From Candidatus Limnocylindrales bacterium (lineage in GTDB: Bacteria > Moduliflexota > Moduliflexia > Moduliflexales > JAUQPW01), in contig DATMBG010000012.1 of the NCBI GenBank assembly GCA_035559535.1, forward strand, positions 124,001-188,000: DNA of 64,000 nt, written 5' to 3'. This document shows, piece after piece, positions 18,819 to 28,750 of the stretch. Each line of letters begins with the position of its first letter. Position 1 is the stretch's first letter. A program made the position numbers and the translations under genes. Under the pieces are notes generated by a model. That model was not told where the DNA came from and searched no databases. It was given only the letters and a program-made list of their open reading frames with translations.

Positions 18819-20162
18819 ATGAAGGTGTTACAGAATGATCATCTAAATCAGGAAAAAGTCCCTCCGGCCTCTGAGGTCAGCCGAAGAGACTTTATTAAAA
18901 TAACCGGTACGGCAGCTCTCAGTGTGACGCTGGCCGAGATTCTTTCCTCTAAGAAAGCTCCGGCTGCCCTCAAGGGAGGGAAACTTTATATCTTAAAAAC
19001 TCCTAGTTTTGCTGTGGGAACCGATGAAGAATTGAAAAAACAGGCTGAGGAATGGGGAAAGCAGAACAGATATGAGATTACCATTGAAATGATTAATGGA
19101 AATGATCTCCAGGCCAAAACGGCGGCTTCTATCCAGAATAATACAGGCCCGGATATAATTGAAGTACTCCATAACTGGCCTCATCTCTATGCCAGTGGTT
19201 GCGTGGATGTCGATGACATTTGTGAAGAGCTGGGTCAGAAATTTGGGGGATTTTACGATCAAATTGTAGGTCACTGTAAGGTAGAAGGGCGATGGAAAGC
19301 AATTCCCAACGTTTTTATTAACAATGCCCAAACTTATCGGGTGGATTGGTTTGAAGAAATAGGTGTTAAAGAATTTCCAGATACCTGGGAAGAATATCAT
19401 AAAGTTGGAAAAATCTTAAAAGCAAAGGGTCGGCCCTTCGGACAAACCTTTGGTCATACTTATGTAGATGGCTACTCCATTCACTATCCCTATTTGTGGA
19501 GTTTTGGTGCTAAAGAGGTAGAAGCTGATGGGAAAACCGTAGCTCTGGATAGTCCTGAGACGCTTCAAGCCGTAGAAATGGTCATTCAATTATGGAAAGA
19601 TTGTTATGATGAAACCGGCTTGTCTTGGGATGATACCAGTAACAATCGGGCTTTTCTGGCCGAGCAAATTTCCTGTACGCTCAATGCCGCCAGTATTTAT
19701 GTAGCGGCTAAAAAAGATAATCCGGAATTAGCTTCCAAAATTCGCCATGCAGCAAATCCCCGGGGTCCTGCCGGCAGGTTCCACTTCCACAATACCTTTG
19801 AATACGCCATCATGAAGTATTCCAAACAGGTCGATGCAGCTTTGGACTTGATTCGCTGGTTCATGGAACGAGAGAACTTTTATAAATGGTTATCCATCGG
19901 TGGGGGTTTCTATACCGCAGCAACCCGGGCGTATGAAAATGACCCCATGTGGGAACGGGATCCGATAGTCCTTCCTTATAGAGATTTAGCCCAGTATGGT
20001 CGATCTCCCGGGTATGCCGGTCCTCCCAGCCGGAAGGCTTCTGAAGTCCTCTCCAAATACATTATTACCGATATGTTTGCCTTTGCTATCCAGGGTTTAA
20101 AGTCTCCCCAGGATTCCATCAAGTGGGCCACGGAAGAATTACGGCGGATTTATGAAACTTAG
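18819..20162 (+). CDS. Tat-exported ABC extracellular solute-binding protein (family 1)
   Basis: SRRDFIK twin-arginine signal; GPDII, FPDTWEE, WDDTSNNRAFLA; no adjacent permease. Confidence 0.88.
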   Translation: MKVLQNDHLNQEKVPPASEVSRRDFIKITGTAALSVTLAEILSSKKAPAALKGGKLYILKTPSFAVGTDEELKKQAEEWGKQNRYEITIEMINGNDLQAKTAASIQNNTGPDIIEVLHNWPHLYASGCVDVDDICEELGQKFGGFYDQIVGHCKVEGRWKAIPNVFINNAQTYRVDWFEEIGVKEFPDTWEEYHKVGKILKAKGRPFGQTFGHTYVDGYSIHYPYLWSFGAKEVEADGKTVALDSPETLQAVEMVIQLWKDCYDETGLSWDDTSNNRAFLAEQISCTLNAASIYVAAKKDNPELASKIRHAANPRGPAGRFHFHNTFEYAIMKYSKQVDAALDLIRWFMERENFYKWLSIGGGFYTAATRAYENDPMWERDPIVLPYRDLAQYGRSPGYAGPPSRKASEVLSKYIITDMFAFAIQGLKSPQDSIKWATEELRRIYET

Positions 20163-20282
20163 CTTTATCCGTTGTCCATCGTCCATTGTTGTTGGTAAGA
20201 AACTTTATGACCGTCTTGGGGGAGACTTTAAAATACTCTGTGACCAACAAAGGACAAGGGATAAAGAATAAAGGACCATTTC

Positions 20283-21161
20283 GTGATAAGGTGGTTGTTT
20301 AGAGAGTTGGTTTTCTTTATCCTGGGTCTCATTAAGAATATAATCGTGACCCTGGTGCTTCTGGCAGTTCTTTTTGTGGGAATTAAGTACCTGGCAGGAT
20401 ATTTATTTCCTTCTAGCCTGGGGATCTTTTCCCGAGAAGTTCCTTCTTCGGTGAGTGGTCCACGATGGTGGGAGTTCTGGAAGAAAATTCCAGAATTGGG
20501 TCGATCCCCCGATAAGGAGGAGATGGATCCCCGGGCCGCCAGGGAAATAGCCAGAAATCTTCTGGAAAACGGTGAGTTTAAAAATCATTGGTCTAAGGGA
20601 TGGCGTAAGGAAACCCAATTTGATCCAGAAGCTGTCATTCAAGCCGGAGTTAAGGATGGGATTTTATCTGTTACTTTTCAGTGTAAATTTTGTGCGCTCT
20701 CTCAGTCTGTTTCTGTAAATACCCTGAGAAATCTTTATTTTGATGGTAGGGTCAAGTTAAAGGGTAAGCGTCCAGATGGATTAGGAAGTGTCTTCAGTAT
20801 GGCTGAGGTCGCTGTGGATATAGAGTTGTTCCATGGTAACACCCTGCTGGGCCGATTTTGGATTACGAACCGGCAACCTTCTGTCCTGGAGCAACTCCCT
20901 CTAAGAGGAATTCCTCGAACAGTCCAAAATCAAAAGCAGATACGGGTAATCTCCATCGAAGATCAGTGGCAACGGATTCATCTTAACCTTTACCAGGAAG
21001 CTTTAGATTATTTGGTTTTAGACCCTGATAAGGTAGATGGCGTGGTAGTGAGTTTGGTTACAAAAACCTCCGGTCAAGGAGCCAGTGCAGAGGCCTGGGT
21101 GGATTATCTGCGCCTTTATTATAAAGAGAATCCTCTTTCGGAGGATCGTAAGGATTCTTGA
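20283..21161 (+). CDS. Membrane-anchored hypothetical protein, possible carbohydrate-binding-like jelly-roll domain
   Basis: N-terminal TM, NLLENGEF..W, C-terminal AWVDYLRL. Confidence 0.6.
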   Translation: MIRWLFRELVFFILGLIKNIIVTLVLLAVLFVGIKYLAGYLFPSSLGIFSREVPSSVSGPRWWEFWKKIPELGRSPDKEEMDPRAAREIARNLLENGEFKNHWSKGWRKETQFDPEAVIQAGVKDGILSVTFQCKFCALSQSVSVNTLRNLYFDGRVKLKGKRPDGLGSVFSMAEVAVDIELFHGNTLLGRFWITNRQPSVLEQLPLRGIPRTVQNQKQIRVISIEDQWQRIHLNLYQEALDYLVLDPDKVDGVVVSLVTKTSGQGASAEAWVDYLRLYYKENPLSEDRKDS

Positions 21162-21181
21162 GGATAGAGAAACAGGGGGTA

Positions 21182-21619
21182 TTAGAGATTCCATCGATCT
21201 CCAGAATTCGTAGAGGGGGGTAAAGTAGACTCCCCGGAAAAGACATCTATCAAATAATCCACAGATACCCAGATGGCTTTTGAATAAGGAAGAAACCAGA
21301 AACTAAAAAGTGCGGCCAGGGGAGCACAGATAGCGATGGAAAAAGTCGGCGACCAATCGGTAAACACCCAGACCGAAACAATAAGCAGAATGGCAAAGGC
21401 CTGGGTAATGGCTGCACTGACATACATACCGCCTATCATAGCTCCCCCTTCGCGGGAAAATTCCTGCTTGCAGATGGGGCAGACGATATTCATTTTAAAT
21501 AGAGAGTGAAATATCTGTCCCTGCCCACAACGAGGACAATACTTGCGAAGCCCCCTCCAGAGAACTGTTTTTATAAATTGAGTTTTATTCATACCTCTAA
21601 AAATTAAGGGTAAAGTCAT
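21182..21619 (-). CDS. DUF983 family protein
   Basis: CPRCGQGQIF..CPIC followed by two TM helices. Confidence 0.8.
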   Translation of the reverse strand: MTLPLIFRGMNKTQFIKTVLWRGLRKYCPRCGQGQIFHSLFKMNIVCPICKQEFSREGGAMIGGMYVSAAITQAFAILLIVSVWVFTDWSPTFSIAICAPLAALFSFWFLPYSKAIWVSVDYLIDVFSGESTLPPSTNSGDRWNL

Positions 21620-21788
21620 AAGCTTTACCCTTACTTTCCCTCTATTTAATAAAAATAGCTCCTGTTAATAAAAATAACTCCTGCCCAGGTCTTCACAAGG
21701 AGTTCTGTTTAGGATCTCTGAATTATTCAGATTGAGAGAGTAAAAGCCTCCTCTGAGAAAGGGCAAACCCGGATCTACCCTGTATTTT

Positions 21789-22736
21789 TTATCCTTTGGG
21801 AACCAGGGGCATAACTTCCCTGGCAAACCGCTCTACCCCTTCCAGGATGGCTTCCATACTCCCCAGCATAAAGTCCACAATCAGGTGACGAACTCCTAAG
21901 TTTCGATAGTGTACAATGTCCGCAACAATATCTTCAGGCTTACCCGTGAAAGGTTTCCTGGGAGAACCTGGATTATCGGTAAATTGGAGAGGCACCCGGA
22001 AAGAGATGGTGATCATATCCGGATTACGACCGGCTTCAAGGGCACAATCCCGAAGGTATTTGACACGGTTCGCGAAATCATCGGGGGATAAATCGGCCGG
22101 TGGTCTTAATCCGATGGGATGCCAGCCGTCGCCCAAAGTAGCCGCCCGACGGATGGCCGGTTTGGTATGACCACCGATCCAGATAGGAGGACAGGGTTTT
22201 TGAACGGGTTTAGGAGAGAATCCAATATTGGAGACCTGATAGTATTTACCCTTAAAACTGGGATTCTCTTTAGTCCAAAGCTCTCGAAAGAGTTGAATGT
22301 ACTCATCGGTTACCGCGCCCCTTTCCTGATAGGTATTAAGCCCTAAGGCCTTGAACTCTTCCTCCATCCAACCTATTCCCGCTCCAACAATAACCCTTCC
22401 ATTGGAAAGGTAATCCAGGGTAGCAATAATCTTGGCCGCAAAAACCGGATTTCGATAAGGAATGATAAGTACCGAACTTCCCAAACTTATCCGTTGGGTA
22501 CAGGCTGCCAGATAAGTCATCAAAGTCAGGGGTTCCACATAAGGCTCTGTAGGTTTGGCAGGAAATTCTCCCCCAACACTGTAAGGATATTTGGAGTAAA
22601 TCTCCGTAGGGACCACAATATGGTCTGAAATCCAGACAGAATCAAAATTCAACTCCTCTGCTTTTTGGGCCAATCGAACCATGTTGTCTCGTGTCGCTAA
22701 AGGACCTCGATTTACAATAGAAGTACCGAATTTCAT
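21789..22736 (-). CDS. LLM-class F420-dependent oxidoreductase (Rv2161c-like)
   Basis: WISDHIV, ATLDYLSNGR, GIGWMEEEF, PKPVQKPCPPIWIGG. Confidence 0.9.
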   Translation of the reverse strand: MKFGTSIVNRGPLATRDNMVRLAQKAEELNFDSVWISDHIVVPTEIYSKYPYSVGGEFPAKPTEPYVEPLTLMTYLAACTQRISLGSSVLIIPYRNPVFAAKIIATLDYLSNGRVIVGAGIGWMEEEFKALGLNTYQERGAVTDEYIQLFRELWTKENPSFKGKYYQVSNIGFSPKPVQKPCPPIWIGGHTKPAIRRAATLGDGWHPIGLRPPADLSPDDFANRVKYLRDCALEAGRNPDMITISFRVPLQFTDNPGSPRKPFTGKPEDIVADIVHYRNLGVRHLIVDFMLGSMEAILEGVERFAREVMPLVPKG

Positions 22737-22834
22737 GAAACCTCCTTATAAATAATGAACCCTGAACTATTCCTGATAGCCGATAAATCAAAAACCAAAT
22801 TCATGGCTCAGGGTTCAGGATGAAAGGTTGTAAT

Positions 22835-23254
22835 TTATACGGCTCCCCAACTTTTTACACTGATCGGCGTAATCTTGATGACAGGCTTATCTTCCAGGGC
22901 CATAGTTTGGTATTGCGGGTATTTTTCCCGCAAAAGTTTAATGGCCCTTTGTTGTTCGGTTCCCATGGATAAAATCTGCGCATTTCCCTGAATCAATACA
23001 AATCCTAACCGACTCCAATCCTCATTATAGTCATCGATAACCAGAGCTACTTGAGGATTAATTTCAATGTTACGGACCCGTCTGAGCTTATAGGGAGCTA
23101 CTTTTTTGGGTTTTTCATCAATAACCGAATATAAAAATCCCCCTTCGTAAGCATAACAGATGGGAACCACATGGGGTTTGCCGGTTTGGTCTGCCGTTGC
23201 CATGTGGGCAATCCGATGGGAACGAATAAAATTTTCTTCCCTTTCCGTTAGCAT
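22835..23254 (-). CDS. PPOX-class F420-dependent oxidoreductase (Rv0121-like)
   Basis: ATAD..GKPHVVPIC, IDEKPK, LRRVRNIEINPQV, DDYNEDWSRL, KYPQY. Confidence 0.9.
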   Translation of the reverse strand: MLTEREENFIRSHRIAHMATADQTGKPHVVPICYAYEGGFLYSVIDEKPKKVAPYKLRRVRNIEINPQVALVIDDYNEDWSRLGFVLIQGNAQILSMGTEQQRAIKLLREKYPQYQTMALEDKPVIKITPISVKSWGAV

Positions 23255-23477
23255 AGGAGATAATTTTTCAATACCGTTCCAATTTAATAAATCACCTTCA
23301 TGAATCGGTTATCGGTATAACAGGCAGGACGAATCCGCTATTCGTCCCGGACAAGATGGTATTTCCCTCTATGGTCCTAAGTCAACCCCGTTAAGGTGAC
23401 CTCTGGAATAGACTGAAACGGGAACGAAAATTTATAAAGTGCCGCCAAGAGTTTAATGCCTTACTTTAAACTAAAAG

Positions 23478-24236
23478 TCAATAGTTAAAACAGGTCAGTA
23501 AATTTTGATGGAAAAGACGCACCTGTTGATTAATCCATTCGGCAACTTCCTCTTCAGGATACTGAGAAGTATCGATTTCGATTACCTTGAAGGGCGCCAT
23601 TTTTTGGGCAACCATCAGGGTTTCCCGGAATCTCTCACTCAAATGGTTTAGGATGGTTTCTTGTTCATGGAGGTGCAACCAGTATTCTCGGGACTGTGAC
23701 TCATAACCAGGTTCCCTGGCAATACGCTTGTAGATGCGTTCCATGGCTATCTGAGCGGGAGTATTTAAAAAAATATACAGATCCCGAAAGGGAAGTCGGG
23801 AAAGGGATCGTGCGATCCGGAGTTTCTGTTTGAGGCTTAAGCGGTTACCTAACCGGGGGTAATAAAGGTGGCTATAAATAGCCGGGTCGATAATCATGCA
23901 TCGAGTATTTATAACCAGGTCCGGCTGATACTTACGGATCATATAGGGTTCTAACCATCCCTGATAAAGTACGAAGAGGATACGACTCATGCCGATCCAG
24001 GATCTTTTTTTGGTGGCATCCACAGATTTAAAGAAGGACTCGAAGAACCGGGAAATCCTGGGCAAGCAATAGGTAATCTGACCACCCTGGAGGGCAAAAG
24101 GATCCCGACCCGGTTTACAGATGGAAAAGTCGGAGCCCAACTGGAGAATGGCTCGAAGGGTCGTAGAACTTTTCCCGGAACCGTCAATACCGATTACGGA
24201 AACCCGCAAGGGTTTTTTCTGAAGGGAAGTGACCAT
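23478..24236 (-). CDS. Thymidylate-kinase-like P-loop NTPase
   Basis: GIDGSGKSS Walker A; R..IDPAIYS; DLYIFL; AMERIYKR. Confidence 0.7.
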   Translation of the reverse strand: MVTSLQKKPLRVSVIGIDGSGKSSTTLRAILQLGSDFSICKPGRDPFALQGGQITYCLPRISRFFESFFKSVDATKKRSWIGMSRILFVLYQGWLEPYMIRKYQPDLVINTRCMIIDPAIYSHLYYPRLGNRLSLKQKLRIARSLSRLPFRDLYIFLNTPAQIAMERIYKRIAREPGYESQSREYWLHLHEQETILNHLSERFRETLMVAQKMAPFKVIEIDTSQYPEEEVAEWINQQVRLFHQNLLTCFNY

Positions 24237-24377
24237 AGCTATTTTTTAAGTATAATCTTAGTTCCTATGACTCTGTCAAGGGAAAGGTATAGGTTGAAAG
24301 GTGTATCAAGATATTACTTAAGCATAACATTTCGGTCCATAGCTTCATTAAAAGCCTCTTCAAAGGGGGAATGAGGG

Positions 24378-24548
24378 CCTAGGCGCCAGGTTAAGGCGCC
24401 CTCCACTCTGCCTCCCTGTGGTCCCCCCGTCCACGGGAGGAGTAGGGGGGGAGGCAGGGGATGGAACTTCGCTTCAAAGTTCCTTCCCCTGCAAAGCGGG
24501 GGAAGGGGGCCCTCCCCATGGACCTCACTCCTTATCCTGGTGCGTATG
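24378..24548. mobile_element. MITE/cassette family B (IS4/IS231-like ends), 171 bp
   Basis: TIRs CCTAGGCGCCAGGTTAAGG and rc CATACGCACCAGGATAAGG (15/19 identical); 10-bp direct repeat GGAATGAGGG at 24368-24377 and 24549-24558; GC-rich palindromic cargo. Confidence 0.8.
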
Positions 24549-24641
24549 GGAATGAGGGATGTTAGGAGTGATAAAGTGCTTACAACGGTGTTGAGGCTGG
24601 AACCTGAAAACGAGGTATGGACGAAAATGTTCGGCAAGGAT

Positions 24642-25370
24642 ATGTTACCCCGGGTTACTATTTCAATTACCTCATACGCCCAACAACAGGGGCGTATACA
24701 TTCTCACAAGCCGAGCCCGACTTTGATTGGCTTAATCCTGGAGGAAAATATTCAAAATAAATGGCTTTTAGATATAGGCTGCGGAAGTGGTGGTTTAACC
24801 TTTGAGCTGGCTCCCTATGCCCAATATATTGTAGGCGTGGATATTTCCCAGGAGGAAATCCATCGAGCAAGGGGACTGGCAGATCAGAAGGCCTTGGCCC
24901 ATGTAAAGTTTGTCCAGGGAGATGCCGAGAAAACTCCTTATCAGGAATTTCTCCAGGGAAGAAGACCGGATCTGGTCGTGGCTAACCTCTGTCTGTCAAA
25001 TGAAATTATTCACAAGTCCTTTGAAGCTTTGGAAGAGGGATCTTGCCTGATTTTTGCATGCTTTCATCATGATCAGTGGCTTGAATTAGGTATTCCTTCT
25101 CGATTTGCCTATACAGAGGAGCGTTTAAAAGAGGTTTTGGAAAAGACCGGCTTTACCCTAGAATTCTTCCAAATTGAAAAGGAAGTTATAAAATTTGAAA
25201 GCCCGGAGGAAATGATCGACTTATATTTTAAGAATAGTCCCTTAAAAGTAAAGTGGATGAAAGACGGACGGTGGGATCGGTGGGTCCAGTATGTTCAACA
25301 AGGAGGGCGCTTTTTGACGGTAAAAAGTCATCATATTGTTAAGGCGAGGAAAAAGGGGAAAAATCCATGA
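24642..25370 (+). CDS. Class I SAM-dependent methyltransferase
   Basis: LLDIGCGSG, GVDIS, FVQGDAE; start moved to ATG 24642 (AAGGA RBS) because the track start lies inside the MITE. Confidence 0.85.
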   Translation: MLPRVTISITSYAQQQGRIHSHKPSPTLIGLILEENIQNKWLLDIGCGSGGLTFELAPYAQYIVGVDISQEEIHRARGLADQKALAHVKFVQGDAEKTPYQEFLQGRRPDLVVANLCLSNEIIHKSFEALEEGSCLIFACFHHDQWLELGIPSRFAYTEERLKEVLEKTGFTLEFFQIEKEVIKFESPEEMIDLYFKNSPLKVKWMKDGRWDRWVQYVQQGGRFLTVKSHHIVKARKKGKNP

Positions 25371-26266
25371 AAATCATTGCACTTTCCGATCTTCATTACC
25401 CCAGACATAAGGACCATCTGGAAAAGATTGTCAAAAGGATATGTGACTCCGAGGCAGAGGTTTTAATTCTAGGTGGGGATATCTCAGAGATTCAGGAAGA
25501 GCGTTACCACCGGTGTTTGGGACTTTTTGAGAAGTTTAGAGGGCTTAAAATAGCGACCGTAGGGAACCATGATCTCTGGGTCTTGAAGGGAGGAGACTCT
25601 TATCAGCGGTATAAGCAGTGGTTCCCTGAGCTTTTTAAAGATTATGGCTTTCATTATCTGGATCAGCAGATTACCCCTTTTATCTACAAAAACATCGCCT
25701 TTGTAGGCAATATAGGATGGTACGATTACTCCTTTCGGCAAACTAAAATTCCTTTTTCAGATGAAGTTTTCGTCGGTTACCTGGATAAAGAAAAAGGAAA
25801 GCGGATCTACAAACCATGGTCTCAACTGAATGACGAAGACTATGCCCGAAAGGTTCTTCTCTATATCAGGGATAAAAAACTAGGTGTGGTGACCTGGAAC
25901 GATGTAGTGGGTATTTCCTGGAGGTACTCCGATGATACCTTCTGCAATCTCATGCTGGAACATCTAAAGGCCCAATTAAACTGGTGTCAGCAGAATCCGA
26001 CTGTTGAAAAAATTATCTGTATTACCCACCATGTTCCCTTTAAAGAAGGAATCAAAGAACGACCGGATCCCGGACTCGCCTTTAGTAATGCTTACATGGG
26101 AAGTCATCGGATGGGTGAGTTGCTTTTAAATTATCCTAAGGTCAAAGTGGCCCTTTGGGGACACAGCCACAACTGGATAGATCGGAATTTCACTATTCAG
26201 CATATTCAAGGGATCAATATGAGCCTGAGTCCGGTTCTGGAAGAAGTTGTTCAATTAGAGATTTAA
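25367..26266 (+). CDS. Calcineurin-like metallophosphoesterase
   Basis: SDLH, GGDI, GNHD, THHVP, GHSH. Confidence 0.9.
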   Translation: MKIIALSDLHYPRHKDHLEKIVKRICDSEAEVLILGGDISEIQEERYHRCLGLFEKFRGLKIATVGNHDLWVLKGGDSYQRYKQWFPELFKDYGFHYLDQQITPFIYKNIAFVGNIGWYDYSFRQTKIPFSDEVFVGYLDKEKGKRIYKPWSQLNDEDYARKVLLYIRDKKLGVVTWNDVVGISWRYSDDTFCNLMLEHLKAQLNWCQQNPTVEKIICITHHVPFKEGIKERPDPGLAFSNAYMGSHRMGELLLNYPKVKVALWGHSHNWIDRNFTIQHIQGINMSLSPVLEEVVQLEI

Positions 26267-26344
26267 TCCACTGTCTCTTGTTAGTTGTCCTGACTCAGGG
26301 TTAGCAAACAATAGGCAACAGGCAGCGGATAACCAATAGTCAAG

Positions 26345-28033
26345 GTGTTTGAACACATTAAACAAGAACGAGATCCCTTTTATCACTACGTATCTCTGGC
26401 TTTAGCTCATCAATCTAAAGGAGATTATAATCTGGCACTGATCTATTGGGACCATGCCGTTAAATATACTCCTCCAGGCCTTTCCTTAAAGCCTCAGATC
26501 GTTCGAGAATATAACCGAGTTATTCAAGACCTTTTGAACCGTCAGAATCATGCAGAGGCTGAAAAGATCAGGAATCAACTGGCTAAGTTTGCGCCGAACC
26601 TTGAAGGACTCTCTGAGAAGCCAGAGTGGATCCCTCTCCAGCAATATCTTTACTTAGGAATCCTTCATCAGTGTCAGGGTAATTATCCCCTTTCTTTTGC
26701 CTACTGGAAACAGGTTATGGCTCATTCTTCATTGGAATCCATGGATAGTGAACTCTCCGAATTGATACGTAGAGCTATTAAAGATTATTGCTGGATTGCA
26801 GATCAGCACTGGAAGAAAGGGGAGATCCGTAAAGCTAAGGAGATCTATCGGGGTCTCATCGAGGTCTATCCTCAATTTCTGGAGGGTTATATTAACCTGA
26901 GCCTGATTTATTATAATAGCGGAGAAAGCCAGAATGCCATCAGTCTTTTGGAGAGATTCGAAATGGAACATCGAGAAAATCTCCTGATTTCCAGGTATCT
27001 GGAACTCTATAAAACCATTGAGGAATTAAAGAACCAATTTGATGGCGTTCCTTACGCCGCTATTGAAAAGCTTGTGGAGCAAATTCGAGTTGAAAACATC
27101 TTTTATCCCTTCGTGCAGGAAGCTTATCTGAACCTTTTGGTGAATCATCTCATAGAAAAGGAGAAGAAAAGTTTTGAACAGAGAAGACTGGAGGTTCAGG
27201 AGAAAGCTATTCTGGGTACCAGCAAAGTCCTGGCCAAGGAGGGGATCTCCCTGGGTGAGCGTATCACCATGGCCCGGAATGCCACAAAAGCAGAGATTCC
27301 GAAATTTCTCCATGATAACGACCCAAAAATCATTGAAGCCCTTTTGGTTAATCCCCATTTAACGGAAGAAGACGTATTGATTATCGCTCAGACCAGCAAG
27401 GTTTCAGAAATACTCAACCTCATCGCCCATCACTCTCGATGGTCCCATCGCCATGAGATTCTGCTGGCTATCGTTTGCAACCCCCAAATGGATCCCACCT
27501 CCTTAAAGAAAATTTTGCCTTCCCTGCGATTGAAGGATCTCGCCGTCGTTTTCCATAGAAAGAAAATAGCCGCAGAGGTTCGTCTGGAAGCTAAGAAAAT
27601 AGCCCGAGAGATTTTTATCCATCTCTCACTATCCGATCAGATAGCAGTCATGGAGGCTTCTTCCGGGGATATTCTCAGGATGCTGGATCAGTTACCTCCG
27701 GAGAGCCTTACCTTCTTAGATTTTATTCTGAAGCGGTTCTTTGACGATGCCGATATGATTCTAAATCTTTCCAGGTGGTTGGAAACTCCCAGCCACATTC
27801 TAAATAAAATCGGAGAAAATCCTCAATGGCAGAACCATCCCCAAATTCGCTTTGCGCTTCTTAACAACCCTCGAACCCCCCCCCATCTTATTTTAAAGTT
27901 GTTGGAAGGTTTCGAGCCGGATGAACTTAAGTGGATGTTGGAAAACAAGGTCATGCTTCCCTATGTGAAAGGGGTGATTGAGAAAAAGATTCACGGCTTT
28001 CCGGTGGCGCGTTCTGATTCCGAGTCCGGGTAA
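26345..28033 (+). CDS. TPR protein with C-terminal LRV/HEAT-like repeats
   Basis: N-terminal TPR helices; repeated ALLVNPHL / AIVCNPQM / ALLNNPRTP. Confidence 0.7.
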   Translation: MFEHIKQERDPFYHYVSLALAHQSKGDYNLALIYWDHAVKYTPPGLSLKPQIVREYNRVIQDLLNRQNHAEAEKIRNQLAKFAPNLEGLSEKPEWIPLQQYLYLGILHQCQGNYPLSFAYWKQVMAHSSLESMDSELSELIRRAIKDYCWIADQHWKKGEIRKAKEIYRGLIEVYPQFLEGYINLSLIYYNSGESQNAISLLERFEMEHRENLLISRYLELYKTIEELKNQFDGVPYAAIEKLVEQIRVENIFYPFVQEAYLNLLVNHLIEKEKKSFEQRRLEVQEKAILGTSKVLAKEGISLGERITMARNATKAEIPKFLHDNDPKIIEALLVNPHLTEEDVLIIAQTSKVSEILNLIAHHSRWSHRHEILLAIVCNPQMDPTSLKKILPSLRLKDLAVVFHRKKIAAEVRLEAKKIAREIFIHLSLSDQIAVMEASSGDILRMLDQLPPESLTFLDFILKRFFDDADMILNLSRWLETPSHILNKIGENPQWQNHPQIRFALLNNPRTPPHLILKLLEGFEPDELKWMLENKVMLPYVKGVIEKKIHGFPVARSDSESG

Positions 28034-28148
28034 TTTTATCGGTATAATCCTTGAGGTTTTCATGAGTTCGATAAAATTTGCTTCCCCATCCCCTATTTAA
28101 GAAACCAAAACCGATGCCCTCAACTTCAAAAATGCTACCAGGCCCATC

Positions 28149-28544
28149 CTATTCTCCCAGCGCAATACTCAGCGGCCAAGGCCTTGGAATGGCCAGAAAC
28201 ATCAAGGCGGCTCCCACCAGGGCCATGTTCTTTGTGAAATTAATCATGTCTGCCATCTTCATTTGTTGATCTTCAACTGCCCAAAAATTATGCATTATGA
28301 AGGAGACAGGAACCAAAAAAGCTATGATCAAGATAATACCCACAACAGGATATGTCCCAAGAAGTATGCTCAACCCGCCCAGCAGGATCATAATACCTGA
28401 AACTATCACTGCTGCTGAGGGAGCTGGAGTGCCCTTCGATTGAGCATAGCCCGATAACATGGGAAGATTTTTAAAATGGTTTAAACCACTTAAAATGAAA
28501 TATCCCCCGAAAATAATTCTTCCTAGGAGAAACAAAAGGTTCAT
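28149..28544 (-). CDS. DoxX family membrane protein
   Basis: LGRIIFGGYFILSGLNHF, HNFW, FTKNMALVGAAL; AGGAGG RBS before ATG 28544. Confidence 0.9.
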   Translation of the reverse strand: MNLLFLLGRIIFGGYFILSGLNHFKNLPMLSGYAQSKGTPAPSAAVIVSGIMILLGGLSILLGTYPVVGIILIIAFLVPVSFIMHNFWAVEDQQMKMADMINFTKNMALVGAALMFLAIPRPWPLSIALGE

Positions 28545-28580
28545 GGTTGCTCCTCCTTTCTCCAAAAGCGAGCAGGCTTT

Positions 28581-28719
28581 CAGAGGTGACTACTCTATTT
28601 GCAACACCTGGTTGGTCCCTGCAGATAACGTATTCCCTACCGTCTACCGTCTAGCGGGATCAAGATTGCCCCTGTCCCGCAGACAGGTCTGTGATGCTAA
28701 GTCGAGTGGATCACCTCTG
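28581..28719. ncRNA. Candidate structured RNA (unassigned)
   Basis: Nested pairings CAGAGGTGA/TCACCTCTG, CTACTC/GAGTGG, GCAACAC/GTGATGC, GCGGGA/TCCCGC. Confidence 0.35.
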
Positions 28720-28750
28720 TGAGAATTTCCCTGATTTACGGTCAGGTGTT

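Noticed and set aside
24314-24641. 107-aa minus ORF and the extended methyltransferase N-terminus
   Set aside because: Translations of the family B cassette
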